Shown: positions 13,204 to 25,167 of the stretch, in pieces
How positions within the stretch are numbered: position 1 is the first letter of the stretch
Layout of the letters: each line of letters begins with the position of its first letter
Assembly (NCBI GenBank): GCA_964188305.1
Contig: OZ076890.1
DNA: 64,000 bases
DNA from: Podarcis bocagei
Lineage: Eukaryota
Reading direction: 5' to 3' (one strand)
Notes under the pieces: generated by a model
What the model was told of the DNA's origin: nothing
Databases searched by the model: none
What the model saw: the letters and a program-made list of their open reading frames with translations, nothing else
Made by a program: the position numbers and the translations under genes

Positions 13204-13342
13204 CAGGTGTGGAGGACATTTTGCCTTCCAGATGTTTCTGAACTACAACTCCCATCAGTCTCAGCAAGCATGGCCAATGGCCAAGGATGATAGGAGTTGC
13301 AATTTAGCAACATCTGGAGGGCCAAAGGTACCCCCACATCTG
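13204..13342. mobile_element. hAT (Charlie-like) MITE
   Basis: TIRs CAGGTGTGG / CCACATCTG, internal fold-back (CCAGATGTT...ACTACAACTCCCATCA...TGATAGGAGTTGCA...AACATCTGG), 8-bp TSD ATCTAAAT / ATCTAAAC. Confidence 0.85.
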
Positions 13343-14424
13343 ATCTAAACTATACAAAAATCAACAGGCCTTTTTATATGTAGTTCAATTCAGGCAACCC
13401 TTCAAATGGGGTTAAAAGCAGTGGGCAATTTCTTTCTAAATCATACAAACTTTTTAAAATAGAAAAGCTATTCGTTTCATTAGAGGTGAAATGAGGAACC
13501 ATTTCAGTGAACTTCTTTAGGATTTTAGAATTTATGATAGAAAGCTGGACATCAGCTGTGCTGCTCTTTGTCAGTTGGAATCAGTAAGCAATCTTGTTTT
13601 TGTTCTGCTGAATAACTTAATATCAATTCAAGCAACTGTGGTTCTTCCCAATAACGTTCCTGTTGTTTTTAACTGAAGGGAACATTGTGCTGCTTCAGGA
13701 AGATAAGGCTGACAAGAAGAATGAGAAACTATTTACTGAGAATGATCACCTGTTATTTTTTTCTAGTTATAAAACTGCAGAGAATAGTTTCATTGACTTC
13801 TTATGTTTGGGAACTGCTCAGTAGTTAACAAGGTGTTAATAATGTGTTTGTTCAGTCCCTTCTGGACAACCTGGACCATAGAAATAAAAGTTTTCTTATT
13901 TTATTTGTTTGTTTTAAATGTTATGGTTTGGAGAAGGCTAAAATTCTATCGTATCTGTCAATCAACCACAATATTTATCTGGATTAGTCAACATTCACCA
14001 GCTTTCAAAAAGAAGACGTTAAATTTAGCACCTGATAAATACCTTAATCCTAAATGCATTTGTTTGGAAGCAGGTCCCATTGACTTCAGTGGATATTTGT
14101 TTTCAGTAAGAACAGTTCCACTGTGGGAAACGTTGATGTTTCTGGTAGAAAATGCATAAAATGTGGGCATCATACAGGAATCTGGATTACACTGGACATC
14201 CGTGTACCCTATTAACTCTTTATATGCTTGCTGCCTTCAGTGGTGAAAAGTAGAAATTCTGCTGAAACTGCCCAGATAAAAGTTCCAAAGAAGAGATGAG
14301 CATTACAGGCCCTCTGAATTCTTCCTCTCAGATTAAAATCTGAGCCAGATAAGAATTCCTGGTTGACTGACTGTCCCTACAACTAATTCCTCCTTCCACA
14401 TTTCCCTTCAGGCTGTATGTACTT

Positions 14425-14688
14425 TGTTATGTGCTGAAGTTCTCACCCTGGGCCAGCAGAGCGATACTGTAGATAGTTTTCACTCAGGTCCACATATGCA
14501 AATAAGGAATTGAAAGTGACGTTCAGTGATTGGATAGTTACAGAAAGTTGTTACTGTTGCATTGTAGTGGAGCTCTATATAAGCAGGCTGGCTGAACCCT
14601 TCAGTTCAGTTCTGTTCTGACCTGTGAATAAACAAGAGCTGTTTGAAGAATCGTTGTGTTGTCCGATATGTTCACCCACAACTTAACA
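14425..14688 (+). mobile_element. Solo LTR (264 bp)
   Basis: TGTTA...TAACA inverted termini; perfect 5-bp TSD TACTT (14420-14424, 14689-14693); TATATAAG near 14577 followed by AATAAA near 14627. Confidence 0.9.
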
Positions 14689-15380
14689 TACTTGACTGAG
14701 TTAGTGGCAGGAGCAGTGACTCTCTGACCTTTCTAGCCAGCTGCTGCATTGACCCCAGTGGCTCTTGGGGAAACCCAGTTTTTGAAAGACATTCCCTGAA
14801 GGCCTGTCCTGGATGCCAGTTCTGCTACTGGCCCAGCCAACAAATGTGATTTGCAGGAAATACGGAAGGGGTGTTTGGGTACTGGGGTTAGGCGCGACGG
14901 AAGGAAGTTTTTGGAATGGCTCGGCTTATTTCCAGTCTAAACTTGTTTCATCCACATACGCGGTTCGTTGTCCACACAAAGAGCATGTTCAAATGTTTAT
15001 CTTTAAGGTGACTTAAATCTCTTCCAGGTGTAATATAAAGAAGCAAATCAGATTGAGGCAGGAGAACTAGAAGGAGGATTGGGGTGGGGGAAGAGACACA
15101 TGATTTTGGCTCCTCCTGCTCAGGGCCCTAAATTACATTTTGGTGCATTTCTCATATTCTTTAATTTGTTCTCCTTCTGGTGCCCTCGGTTGCGAATTTT
15201 AAGTGTTCGTCATTTTGTTTCAAAGCCAGGCTTCTTTTCCCTTTGAACTTACATAACCACTGCCTGCTCAGTTAGACTTGGCTTCACTCCCATTTGATAA
15301 TCTTCCAGGTCTGGCCAAAGGAAAGGAGAAATGTGTGAGTGTGTTCACAGAGAGGAAAGAGCTGAGGCAGAGGAAAAAAA

Positions 15381-15516
15381 NNNNNNNNNNNNNNNNNNNN
15401 NNNNNNNNNNNNNNNNNNNNNNNNNNNNNNNNNNNNNNNNNNNNNNNNNNNNNNNNNNNNNNNNNNNNNNNNNNNNNNNNNNNNNNNNNNNNNNNNNNNN
15501 NNNNNNNNNNNNNNNN
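15381..15516. other. Assembly gap (136 N)
   Basis: Run of N preceded by a short A tract. Confidence 1.
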
Positions 15517-15718
15517 AAGATAAAAATAAATTGAAGCTATGTGCTGTACTCCAGGGTCTTTCCTGGGCATGAGATGTACCGGTAACTTGATGATGTTTTT
15601 TATATACGTATATACAGAGAGTGCCCTGAAAGGAAAACGGGAGCAGTGTTTCACAGCAGGGTCTTATTTATTTCCTTAACCACAAAATTTATGTACTGCT
15701 TGATTGTAAATGGGAATT

Positions 15719-16561
15719 GTTGTTGTTGTTGTTTAGTCGTTTAGTCGTGTCTGACTCTTTGTGACCCCATGGACCAGAGCACGCCAGGCACTTCTGTCTT
15801 CCACTGCCTCCCGCAGTTTGGTCAAACTCATGCTGGTAGCTTCAAGAACACTGTCCAACCATCTCGTTCTCTGTCGTCCCCTTCTCCTTGTGCCCTCCAT
15901 CTTTCCCAACATCAGGGTCTTTTCCGGGGAGTCTTCTCTTCTCATGAGGTGGCCAAAGTATTGGAGTCTCAGCTTCAGGATCTGTCCTTCCAGTGAGCAC
16001 TCAGGGCTGATTTCCTTAAGAATGGAGAGGTTTGATCTTCTTGCAGTCCATGGGACTCTCAGGAGTCTCCTCCAGCACTATAATTCAAAAGCATCAATTC
16101 TTCGGCGATCAGGCTTCTTTATGGTCCAGCTCTCACTTCCATACATCACTACTGGGAAAACCATAGCTTTAACTATACAGACCTTTGTTGGCAAGGTGAT
16201 GTCTCTGCTTTTTAGGATGCTGTCTAGGTTTGTCATTGCTTTTCTCCCAAGCAGCAGGCGTCTTTTAATTTCGTGACTGCTGTCACCATCTGCGGTGATC
16301 ATGGAGCCCAAGAAAGTAAAATCTCTCACTGCCTCCACTTCTTCTCCTTCTATTTGCCAGGAGGTGATGGGACCAGTGGCCATGATCTTCGTTTTTTTGA
16401 TGTTGAGCTTCAAACCATATTTTGCGCTCTCCTCTTTCACCCTCATTAAAAGGTTCTTTAATTCCTCCTCACTTTCTGCCATCAAGGTCGTGTCATCTGC
16501 ATATCTGAGGTTGTTGATATTTCTTCCGGCAATCTTAATTCCGGCTAGGGATTCATCCAGC
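15719..16561 (-). mobile_element. 5'-truncated BovB (RTE-clade) LINE
   Basis: Translation GIKIAGRNINNLRYADDTTLMAESEEELK...RRRIDAFEL*CWRRLLRVPWTARRSN...RRRGRQRTRWLD...WRALVHGVTKSQTRLND, with YADD RT motif; (CAA)n 3' tail; 9-bp TSD ATGGGAATT at 15710-15718 and 16562-16570. Confidence 0.95.
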
Positions 16562-16563
16562 AT
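15733..16563 (-). pseudogene. BovB ORF C-terminal fragment (RT core end and C-terminus), 277 codons with one in-frame stop
   Basis: Track ORFs 16078..16563 and 15733..15945 share a frame; I translated the interval between them and found no other stop; TAG at 16078-16080 sits where Trp is expected (ELWCWRR). Confidence 0.9.
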
Positions 16564-17493
16564 GGGAATTACTTATAAGTAAACATGTATAGATTTGCAG
16601 TGTTAGGTCAAAAATCTTGGCACACTTACTAGTGAGTAAGCCTATATTAAGTACTATGGGAATTACTGCCAAGTAAGCCTGAAGATAGATAGATAGACAA
16701 ACAGACCATTATATTAGGCCATTATAAGTTTCAGTGCAATCCTGTGTGGATCTAGTCAGACCTAAGTCCCACAGAGTTCAAAGGAACTTATTCCCAGATT
16801 AGTGTGTATGGGATGGAAGCCTTAAAATGTTGAAGTGAGAAATCCTTTTCTTGACAGCAAATTAGAATTAAGGAACAGCTGCCAGAACGAAATGATGGAG
16901 GGGAAGTCCAGTTTACTCCATTATGAATTTTGCTCTCACCCTATCATTGTTTTTATACATCAAGCTACTTCAGACCTGCAATATTATCACGGTGCTTTAA
17001 TGTTTAATTCACTTTGATTTGGTCCACAGAAACAGCAAGTGTTTCTTCAGGCAAATCCAAGGCATCTAAGAAGCCCTGCTGAGAATATAACTCTCTAGAA
17101 AGAACTGCAGAGAAAACAGGAGGAGGAGAATTTATTGGGTTTTTTTATTTCAGTTGTGAAATTGAAAACTTCTTAAAAATTATTTTTGGGGAAAGAAGGT
17201 AGAGTCTCCCCACCTACCATAAAATAACTCCTTCATCTGCTGCACATGTGACCTCTCTTGGGAGAACTGGTAAAATAGGCAGGTGTGTAATTTTGGGAGA
17301 GGAGAAAGAAACCCTTCAGTGTCTAGAAAGTGCAGTGGAAAATGAAGACTTAGGTGTGAAAGTGTCCGTGCTGGTAGCAGCTCATTAACAAACTTAACAT
17401 GGGGATTATTCTCACAAAGAGCTGCAATTCTAGGTGGCAAGTCCCTGTGAAATCAGTGGGACTGGCTTTTGGGTAAACATCACCTGTTTACAC

Positions 17494-17630
17494 CAGGTGA
17501 TGGGGAACCTGTGGCCCTCCAGGTGGTGTTGGACTTTTAACTCCCATTGTCCTCAGCCAACATGGCCGATAAGGATGAAGGGAGTTGTAGTCTAGCAACA
17601 TGTGGGAAGGCTACATGTTCTCCACCTCCA
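17494..17630. mobile_element. hAT-like MITE
   Basis: CAGGTGATGGGGAACCTGTGGCCCTCCAGG...AACTCCCA...GGGAGTTGTAGT; same family as 13204-13342. Confidence 0.7.
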
Positions 17631-17744
17631 CTTTGACATTATGGCCGAAATGGAGAGGGTGTGTCCAGGAGTTATTTAAAATAGGAAAGTTCACATGCTA
17701 CATACTATGAACTCCTTCTTTACAGAAGTGAATATTATCAGAGG

Positions 17745-17884
17745 CAGGGCTTTTTTCAGGGGGAACTCACAGGAACTCAGTCCCAGCACCTCTCAGGTGG
17801 GTGCCATTGCCATTCTAAGAGAACGAGGAAGGTGTTCATCACCTTCTTTTTCATCATCATTCTTCTTCTAGAAAAATAGCACTG
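17745..17884. mobile_element. hAT non-autonomous element
   Basis: TIRs CAGGGCTTTTTTC / GAAAAATAGCACTG with perfect 8-bp TSD ATCAGAGG (17737-17744, 17885-17892). Confidence 0.88.
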
Positions 17885-17899
17885 ATCAGAGGCTTCTAG

Positions 17900-18065
17900 T
17901 CATGATGGCTGTATAGTTCCCTCTAGGATCTGATGTGGCCTGGATCTGAATATCAGTTGCTGCGCAACAGATCCACTCATATCATGCTATCTATCTTCAT
18001 CTGGGCATCTGCTTGGCCACTGTGATAACAGGATGCTGGACTTGATAGGCACCATTCTTTTTATG
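17900..18065 (+). mobile_element. CR1 LINE 3' end, degenerate
   Basis: GGCATCTGCTTGGCCACTGTGATAACAGGATGCTGGACTTGATAGGC resembles squamate CR1 3' UTRs. Confidence 0.6.
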
Positions 18066-18681
18066 AACCTACCTGAGCCTTATGATTGGCATCAATGACA
18101 CTGGTTATTTGATAGGCACCAAGAATGCAACCTTTTTGAGGGTGGTACCCTGAAGTGGTCCAATAAGCTCTTCCTCATTTTCGGTTTAGACCGTTGTTGT
18201 TTTTATTTCAGAAGGCATTTTATCATTGATTTCTGCTGGGTGTTTTTTAAAAAAAATGTTGATTCTTGTTTTATTGTATGTTTTTATATTTTTAGGATGT
18301 GGTTTATTTGAAGCGTGTATTTTTATTTTTCCATTGTGGTTTCATTTTGTAAACCACTTTGAAAAATCTGGCACTGTATAGGACAGAAAAAGGGAGCAGG
18401 TTCGTTTAATTTTCTCCATGCCATTATAGGATACCCCCAGTCTGGTGTGGGTGTGAGTGGGTGTTCTGTGAAACATCATTGATGCAAGAATAGAGCATTC
18501 GTGGTGGATTTATACTGGGCTGTCCATGCATCATTTCCTTTTATTAGTTGTTCTGTGATGAGTCTCCATTGTTCAGCCAGCCACTTGAAGCCGTTTCCTG
18601 GGGCCACTGTTGTATGCTGACAGCTCCTAGGTGCCACGCATGAGAGCTGAGTGCAGGGTGGGATCCAACAGTGGACAAACT

Positions 18682-18830
18682 ATTATTTATTTATTTATTT
18701 ATTTATTTAAATTTGTATACCACCCTATACCCACAGGTTTCAGGGCGGTTCACAGGATAAAATTACAATATAAAAACACAGAATACATAATCAAAATGAA
18801 AACAGAAAGAACCAAATAACCCTCCCACCC
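18682..18830 (-). mobile_element. L2-type LINE/SINE 3' tail with (TATT)n
   Basis: (TATT)n followed by TTTGTATACCACCCT...CAGGGCGGTTCACA, the reverse of a typical squamate L2 tail. Confidence 0.6.
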
Positions 18831-19293
18831 AAAAAACTCCACACACTTTTAAAAAGGAGACTGAACATACAAACCAGTTAAAAACAATTGGTTTTTTAAA
18901 AGAAAAAAAAACAGTTTAAAAGAATGTAAACTACCCCAGAAGGGAGCATGTTTTGTTCTCTACCAAAAGTACTACCCCTTCCCTAAACCCCCCACCCCTT
19001 TCAGATAGTAAGCAATTGTAAAAACAGGAGTCGGAAGGTAAAAATAAGTGGGCAGTTTTTTCTAATGGGAGAAGTGGGGGGGGGGAGAGTGAAGATTTAT
19101 CTGTATTTTTCATAATTCTGTTAACTTAATGATTGGACTAGGCAGCGCACCACAAAACAGCCAAGTCTACAAATGGCATGAAATCATTTAGGATGGTGAA
19201 ATCCCAGGCACTTTGTGAAGAGTTCAAACGGATCTCTCCAGACTGGGAGACAAGGAGGATTCTGTGTCAGCAGTGTGATTCATTTTGAGTCCT

Positions 19294-19350
<57 letters not shown>
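19294..19350. repeat. (AAC)19 microsatellite
   Basis: Perfect trinucleotide run. Confidence 0.98.
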
Positions 19351-19351
<1 letters not shown>

Positions 19352-21572
19352 GCTTTATTTTGTATATGCACTTGAAGTAGTTTAAATTGACTGTGGGACA
19401 TATTATGTATTATGATGATCATACATTTCAAAAAGTATGCTTAAGCTAGCCACTTTTACTTAGAAAGGAAAGTGATTCAAATTGGGAGCCCATGCCAATT
19501 GCCTGCTGGCTGCTCATTGTTTCTGAAGGTACCATTAGCATTAACCAGCTCTGCTGGGGGCTGTTTGGGCAAAAAAGTGTTGTGGGTCCTGATTCAGATT
19601 GACAGCACATTCTGGATTGGGGTCCCACATAGTTGCTTCTCTTTCAAAATGTAAGTAGATAGCTCAAGCACAATCCCCCCCCCAAAGAATAATGTTATGT
19701 GTAGTTTGTAACATCTGACCACTCTGGAAAGAGACCTAGTAGTTTGTGGATGAAAGGCTATTGGAGGTGTCCTCCTTCGCAATGGGAGTAATGGGGTATA
19801 ACGCAATGTGACTGCTCGGAATGCTTTTGACAAAATTCTAGTCTCATTGGAGCCATGGCTACCTTTGTTGCCCTACTTGCAACCAATATTTCACCCCTTT
19901 TGGGGCAGCATTCCATTATTAAGGATACATGGTAGGACATTTAGAACATAACGAAATTGACTGCTAAAGTAGTTGATTTATGAAGGGAAATTACTGAGTG
20001 CTTATTAGCTAGGTGCTTTATTATCAACAATAAGGCTCTGCAATTACTGCTGTTTCTTTTATTAAAAATCATGATGGGCCTGTTTTATTTATGGAACATC
20101 AAGAATGTGTTAGATTCCTGTGAAATAAAGCTTCACAGCAGGCCGACAAGGGAGGCAATTATTTTTGCATGTCTCTTGCAGATGAGTAAACAGCACAAGT
20201 GACTTCTCCGTGGTGACACAATAAGTTGTAGGCAGAATGGTGATTTGTATGTAGGACTATTAACTCCTTGACCTGTGCTCTAAATTGTATGACAACAATA
20301 CCATTTGCCCGAACAAAGCTCTGTTGAAATCCATGAACATTTCTCTCTGATTGAGGACGTCAATACTTGTCAACCGGGTCACCAGTAACAAGTCGGTCAT
20401 TTATTTAGCCCATACAAGATGTGCATTGTTGACTCCAGATGAAATCAAGAAAATGCAGAAAGCTCTTTTCCTCTTGAGATCTCTTGGTATTGTTTCCTTT
20501 CTGTGCTGTGGCTATCCCATCCACACCATAGTATTTGGCATTGTATTGTCCAGGTCTATTAATAATGGACTGCTGTTCTATAGGTGGAACAGTTTTCTCA
20601 TTGAATTCCAAGAGGGGAGGGGGAATAGCTGTATTTTGGAGCAGGAGCAAAATGATGGAATGATGTGGCACCTCAAAGACTAAGTGAGTCCCTCTGGAAT
20701 GTGCTTTCGCAAGCAGTGGCATCTGCTTGCAAGTGAACAGTGGAAAAATGAGAAGGAATGATGAATTTACTTTGCTGAAATGCTTTCAGAAGTCTGGGCA
20801 CTGCTCTGAACCTGCTCAAAGAGGAAATGTTTTAGCTCGGGATGACTCACTGCCAACTCCATAGAGATGCAAACGCCAGTATTCTTCCATATTTTTGAGG
20901 ATGTGATCAAACACAGTGGTTTCGCAACCAATGTCCAGTCAATCCTGTGACTGTCAGTTGAGAGGATCAAAGTATGATCTATGACCAGGCATGATGGAAT
21001 TTGTAGTCCAACCAGGACCTAAACCTAAATTTCCAAAACTGTTATTCTGACATGTGAGAGGTGCTGAGATTGCAGTCATGGAAAGGAAGTAAGAGGCAAC
21101 AGAGTACAGCTAATTCCATTCAAATATTACAGTGGTTCAGTCACATAATTCTATGTGTATCTTTGTGGCTTATTTTAAAAATTAATTTGCTTATGGGGCT
21201 TGAAATTAGAAGTGTGGTAAGCATATAGTAAACTACCAGAAGACCTTAATTTCACATCTGGTGGAAAGTTAGTTAAGACCCACAGATCTCACAGAGTTGC
21301 ATAGTATAGAAGATGATTACTTTGACTCTGGGCCACCAAATTCAACACACAGCTAGCTGCTCTCAAGAATATACCAGGTAGCAGTCACACCCTGCCTGTG
21401 CTCAAATTTTACTTTTCCCACCCATGATGACTTTTTTAAAAAATACATTTTTATAAAAAATGTCATCCTTCCTCTAAAGAAGGAACAACCATGCATGGGA
21501 GGTTAAGATGAGAGAGGTTGTCCCAAGACCACCTAATGAGCTTTATAGCTGAATAGGGACTTTACCAGGGGC

Positions 21573-21800
21573 AAGAGCCACTGTGGTGTAGTGGTTAGAG
21601 TGTTGGGCTTGGACCTGGGAGTCCAGGATTCAAATCCCCACTTGGCCATGAAGCTCACTGGGTGACCTTGGACCAGTCGCTGCCTCTTAGCCTAACCTAC
21701 CTCATAGGGTTGCTGTGGCAATTAAAGGAGTGGGGAGACCCATGTATGCCACATTGAGCCCGTTAGAGAAAAAATATGGGATATAAATGAATGAATGAAT
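21573..21800 (+). mobile_element. tRNA-derived SINE (Squam3/MIR-like) with (GAAT)n tail
   Basis: A box TGGTGTAGTGG, B box GGATTCAAATCC, GGGTGACCTTGG core and L2-like tail GGGATATAAATGAATGAATGAAT; an opposite-strand MIR-like fragment lies at about 21495-21565. Confidence 0.8.
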
Positions 21801-22536
21801 GCACCTTGCCCCCCTGGTCCTCATCTGGCACTCTTGGTTTGGTATTGTGGCAGAGTTGCTAGACATTTCAGGAGAATATTAGTCCCACTTCTCTTGATTT
21901 TTAAAATTCAACGTAATCTCTGGTTCCGTGGGGTAGTAAAATGCATCACATTTGCTTTCACAGTAGCTACTGAAGTCATGGAGGGGGAATATGACCTCTT
22001 AATAAATTTTTGAAGTCTGATCCTCCAAGTTCTTTGTTGAAGCGAGCTTTGTAGACATGAATGGAACGTGTGCCAGAAAAGCCATGTGAGGTTACGCATC
22101 CTGGCTCCCCCTCCCCCCGCTCCCACACATTTCATGTTTTCAAAGAATCCAAGGGGGGGGGAGGGCAGCCAACACTCAACACTTCCTGCTACATGTGGCA
22201 CCAGCTCAGAAAATTATAGCAGTACGGATGGAATGTGCAAGATAAGGATTTACGGAATTACTATAATTCACTTATCAACCTGATTTTTCAACAAGCTGTG
22301 CGTGCAATTAGCATGATTATACATATAGATTGAATAACTGTATGTGCAAATAGGAAACTCTGCTAATTTGCAAGCACAATTAGCCAGTTTGGGTGTGCAA
22401 TCACAGTAATTGTGGGGGCCTAAATAGTTTTGTTTGTGTTTTTTTAAAAAAACAAAAAGCCCCCCAAATTTGTCTTAAGTTTATAATGGTTCGTGCCCTC
22501 AGAGAGACACCACTAATTAAATATGAAAAGCAGCAC

Positions 22537-22563
22537 CAAGCAAGCAAGCAAGCAAGCAAGCAA
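22537..22563. repeat. (GCAA)n microsatellite
   Basis: Direct reading. Confidence 0.95.
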
Positions 22564-23894
22564 GGAAGAGAAGTTCACTGGCAAAACATATCCTTGCACG
22601 CAGAAAGCCCCAACTTCAAGCCTCAACAGCCTCAGTTAAAATGCATGCAGCAGCTGCAAAGGACAAATGCCTCTGACTGTCAGAAGCTACTACTAGTTGG
22701 AGTGGCAGGGTTGGTCAGCGTCCCCTCAACTCCAGCCAGCATGGCCAATGGTCAGAAATGACAGCAGTTGTGGTCCAACATGGAGGATACCATGTTGTGT
22801 ACTGTGCACTAGGGGCCCCCACGTGCCACCAGTCTGGCTTGGTATACCTGCCCTAACATTGGTTTATCTCTCTCTCACATGTCATGCGAGTCCTCTCATT
22901 TTTCCATTGAGCGTACTATAGTTTAACATCACCCTTCCCCGTCCTTTGGTCTAAATCGCTTCTGCAAAAAAGAGATCCCAGTATTGCTTCCCAATGTCTC
23001 TGCTCTCCCCAAAGCTGCATCCGTTTCCAGTGGCTTCCAGCACTTTTGATGAATGGTGTGTTGGCCAGACTTGTTTTCTTCAAGTGGGTGTATTGAAACT
23101 TGACTCTCTAATAGTGTTGGTGGTCTGTCAGTTCTTTATCTGAGTGGAACACAAACCAGCTGTTTGTTGCAATTAGTGGCCATCTATTCTAAAACATCCA
23201 GCTTTGGTTTCTGTCTAAGAAGCCTCTCCTTTTCACAGCGTCGTTTTCCTTTTCCTCTTTAATTAGCTATCCTTTCGTTCTGCAGCTTGTCATTTAGCCA
23301 GTTTTTGGTGGGAGACAGGGAGGAAAGATTTATAATTGACCAGGCAGGTTTGTCAGGTATTTGGTATGTTTTATATAATGAATGTGGGTTATGGAATTTA
23401 CCCTTTTATTGTGCTTTTAATACTTTGGTGGAAGCCGCCCAGTCAGATGGGTGGCATATAAATAACAATAAATTATTCTTATTCTTATTACCTAAGATTG
23501 TGTAAGGTGTTATGGTTTTTTATTTACTCATATTTATATCTTTCTCTTGCATGACATTTACCATGCACAAATATTTATCGGGGTACACCATGCCAGGATG
23601 CAATAACCTGCTTGTCTTTGGCCTAGGATCTGATATGCAGAGACGTTTCAAGGAACTGGTATGTGTCTGTCTATATCATGTTAAATTGGAAGGGGGACTC
23701 TTATTCAGCCCAAGGGTATAATGTCACATTTCAAGGACAGTTTTCAGCTTAGCAAAAGCACTGGAGATGAGCTTGAAGTAAGGCTGGTGAGGAATGTGTC
23801 TGGGTAGAACCTGAAAGTCTGGATAAAGAGGTAGTATCCCCCCACCCTGATACTTGAGGTTGCCCATCCCTACATTTAATATTTAGTAGGACAT

Positions 23895-23998
23895 GAGGAT
23901 GGGAAGCCTGTAACCCTCCAGATGTTGGTGGACTACAACTTCCATCATCCCCTTGACCATTGGCCATGCGGGATGGAGCAGATGGGGAACTGGAGTCT
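23895..23998. mobile_element. hAT-like MITE, partial
   Basis: GGATGGGAAGCCTGTAACCCTCCAGATGTTGGTGGACTACAACTTCCATCATCCC, same family as 13204-13342. Confidence 0.7.
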
Positions 23999-24287
23999 AT
24001 CTTCATGTCAGCTGCATTTCTGTGGTTTGATCCTGTGACAACCACATATGAATGATGTTGCTGTGTGGACAGGGCAGATTGTATGGTGTTTTTCCTGCAT
24101 AATTGGCAACCTCCTTCTTGGTGGGATACCAATTACACATGAACAGCCCATGCAATCTGCTTGACTCTCATAATTGTATTATAAACACAGTCAGTAGCAA
24201 GACATACAAGATTGCATCTCTCCAAAGCAATGGCAACTTGGCTGCAAGTAAAGGGACCTGATCCCGTTTGTTTCAACAGAGCTAATT

Positions 24288-24490
24288 GAGCAGCTGTAAC
24301 ATAGTGGCTAAAGAGCTTGAGCTGCAAGCTGGAATTTCCAAATTTCAAACCTCACTTCAGCCATGCAAGCTGCTGTGTTTTAGCCTTGATCTCCCACCCC
24401 ATATGAAACATGGAGATAATACTATGAACCACCTCAAAAGAATTGCTGCAATAATGTATATGAAGCACTTACAGATCTGTATAGTTGTTA
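24288..24490 (+). mobile_element. Old MIR-like SINE
   Basis: Degenerate A box (CATAGTGGCTAAAGAGC), B-box remnant (TTCAAACCTC) and core-like ATGAAACATGGAGATAATA...TATGAAGCACTT. Confidence 0.5.
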
Positions 24491-25131
24491 ATTAGTATTC
24501 ATTCATTTAAACCATACACACTTAGCTTTTTTTTTTTGGTAAATAAATATCTTTAAAGTGGATTGCAATTTATGCTCCATAGGTTATTGTGCTGTAGCAT
24601 AGCAATATATTAGCAAGACTATGAGGCAACAGTGATATAAATCCAATAGTTTTGTCTTTGTGCTGTTGTTTTTATTAAAACACCCATATTCTTGCTTTGT
24701 GCCATGACAAATGCTTCTGTGTATGTATAATCACAAGGTGTTTTCACAACCTCATTTGAAGGGCTACAAAGAGAGAGCCATTTCCTGATGTTGAATAGGT
24801 CACATTTTCTCAGAGGAAAAAAAGGGGCCTCATGGCTGCCTCGTTGGCAAACCCTTCTGAGACATCCTTCTCTTGGACAGCTGGTTCTTTTCACCTTGCA
24901 ATTATAAACATTTTGATAATAGGTTTCCAGTTCCCATTTTAAATAATTATCCATGCTTGTTGAAGCAGAGGCCTCAAATAGGAAGATCGTAACTTTTGAT
25001 CCACAGCCTACTGAAAGAGCCACACTGGGGTAGGTGGGTGGGATGAAGTAGCAATGCTACTCTAGAGCAAGACAAATAAAATATTTATTTGATCTCTCAG
25101 GTTAAGAGAATAAAAACCATTGTGTTAACAG

Positions 25132-25167
25132 CACACACAGACACACACACACACACACACACACACA
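25132..25167. repeat. (CA)n microsatellite, one interruption
   Basis: Direct reading. Confidence 0.95.

Noticed and set aside
15761-16276. 171-aa plus-strand ORF and neighbouring plus ORFs
   Set aside because: Antisense shadow of the BovB RT frame.
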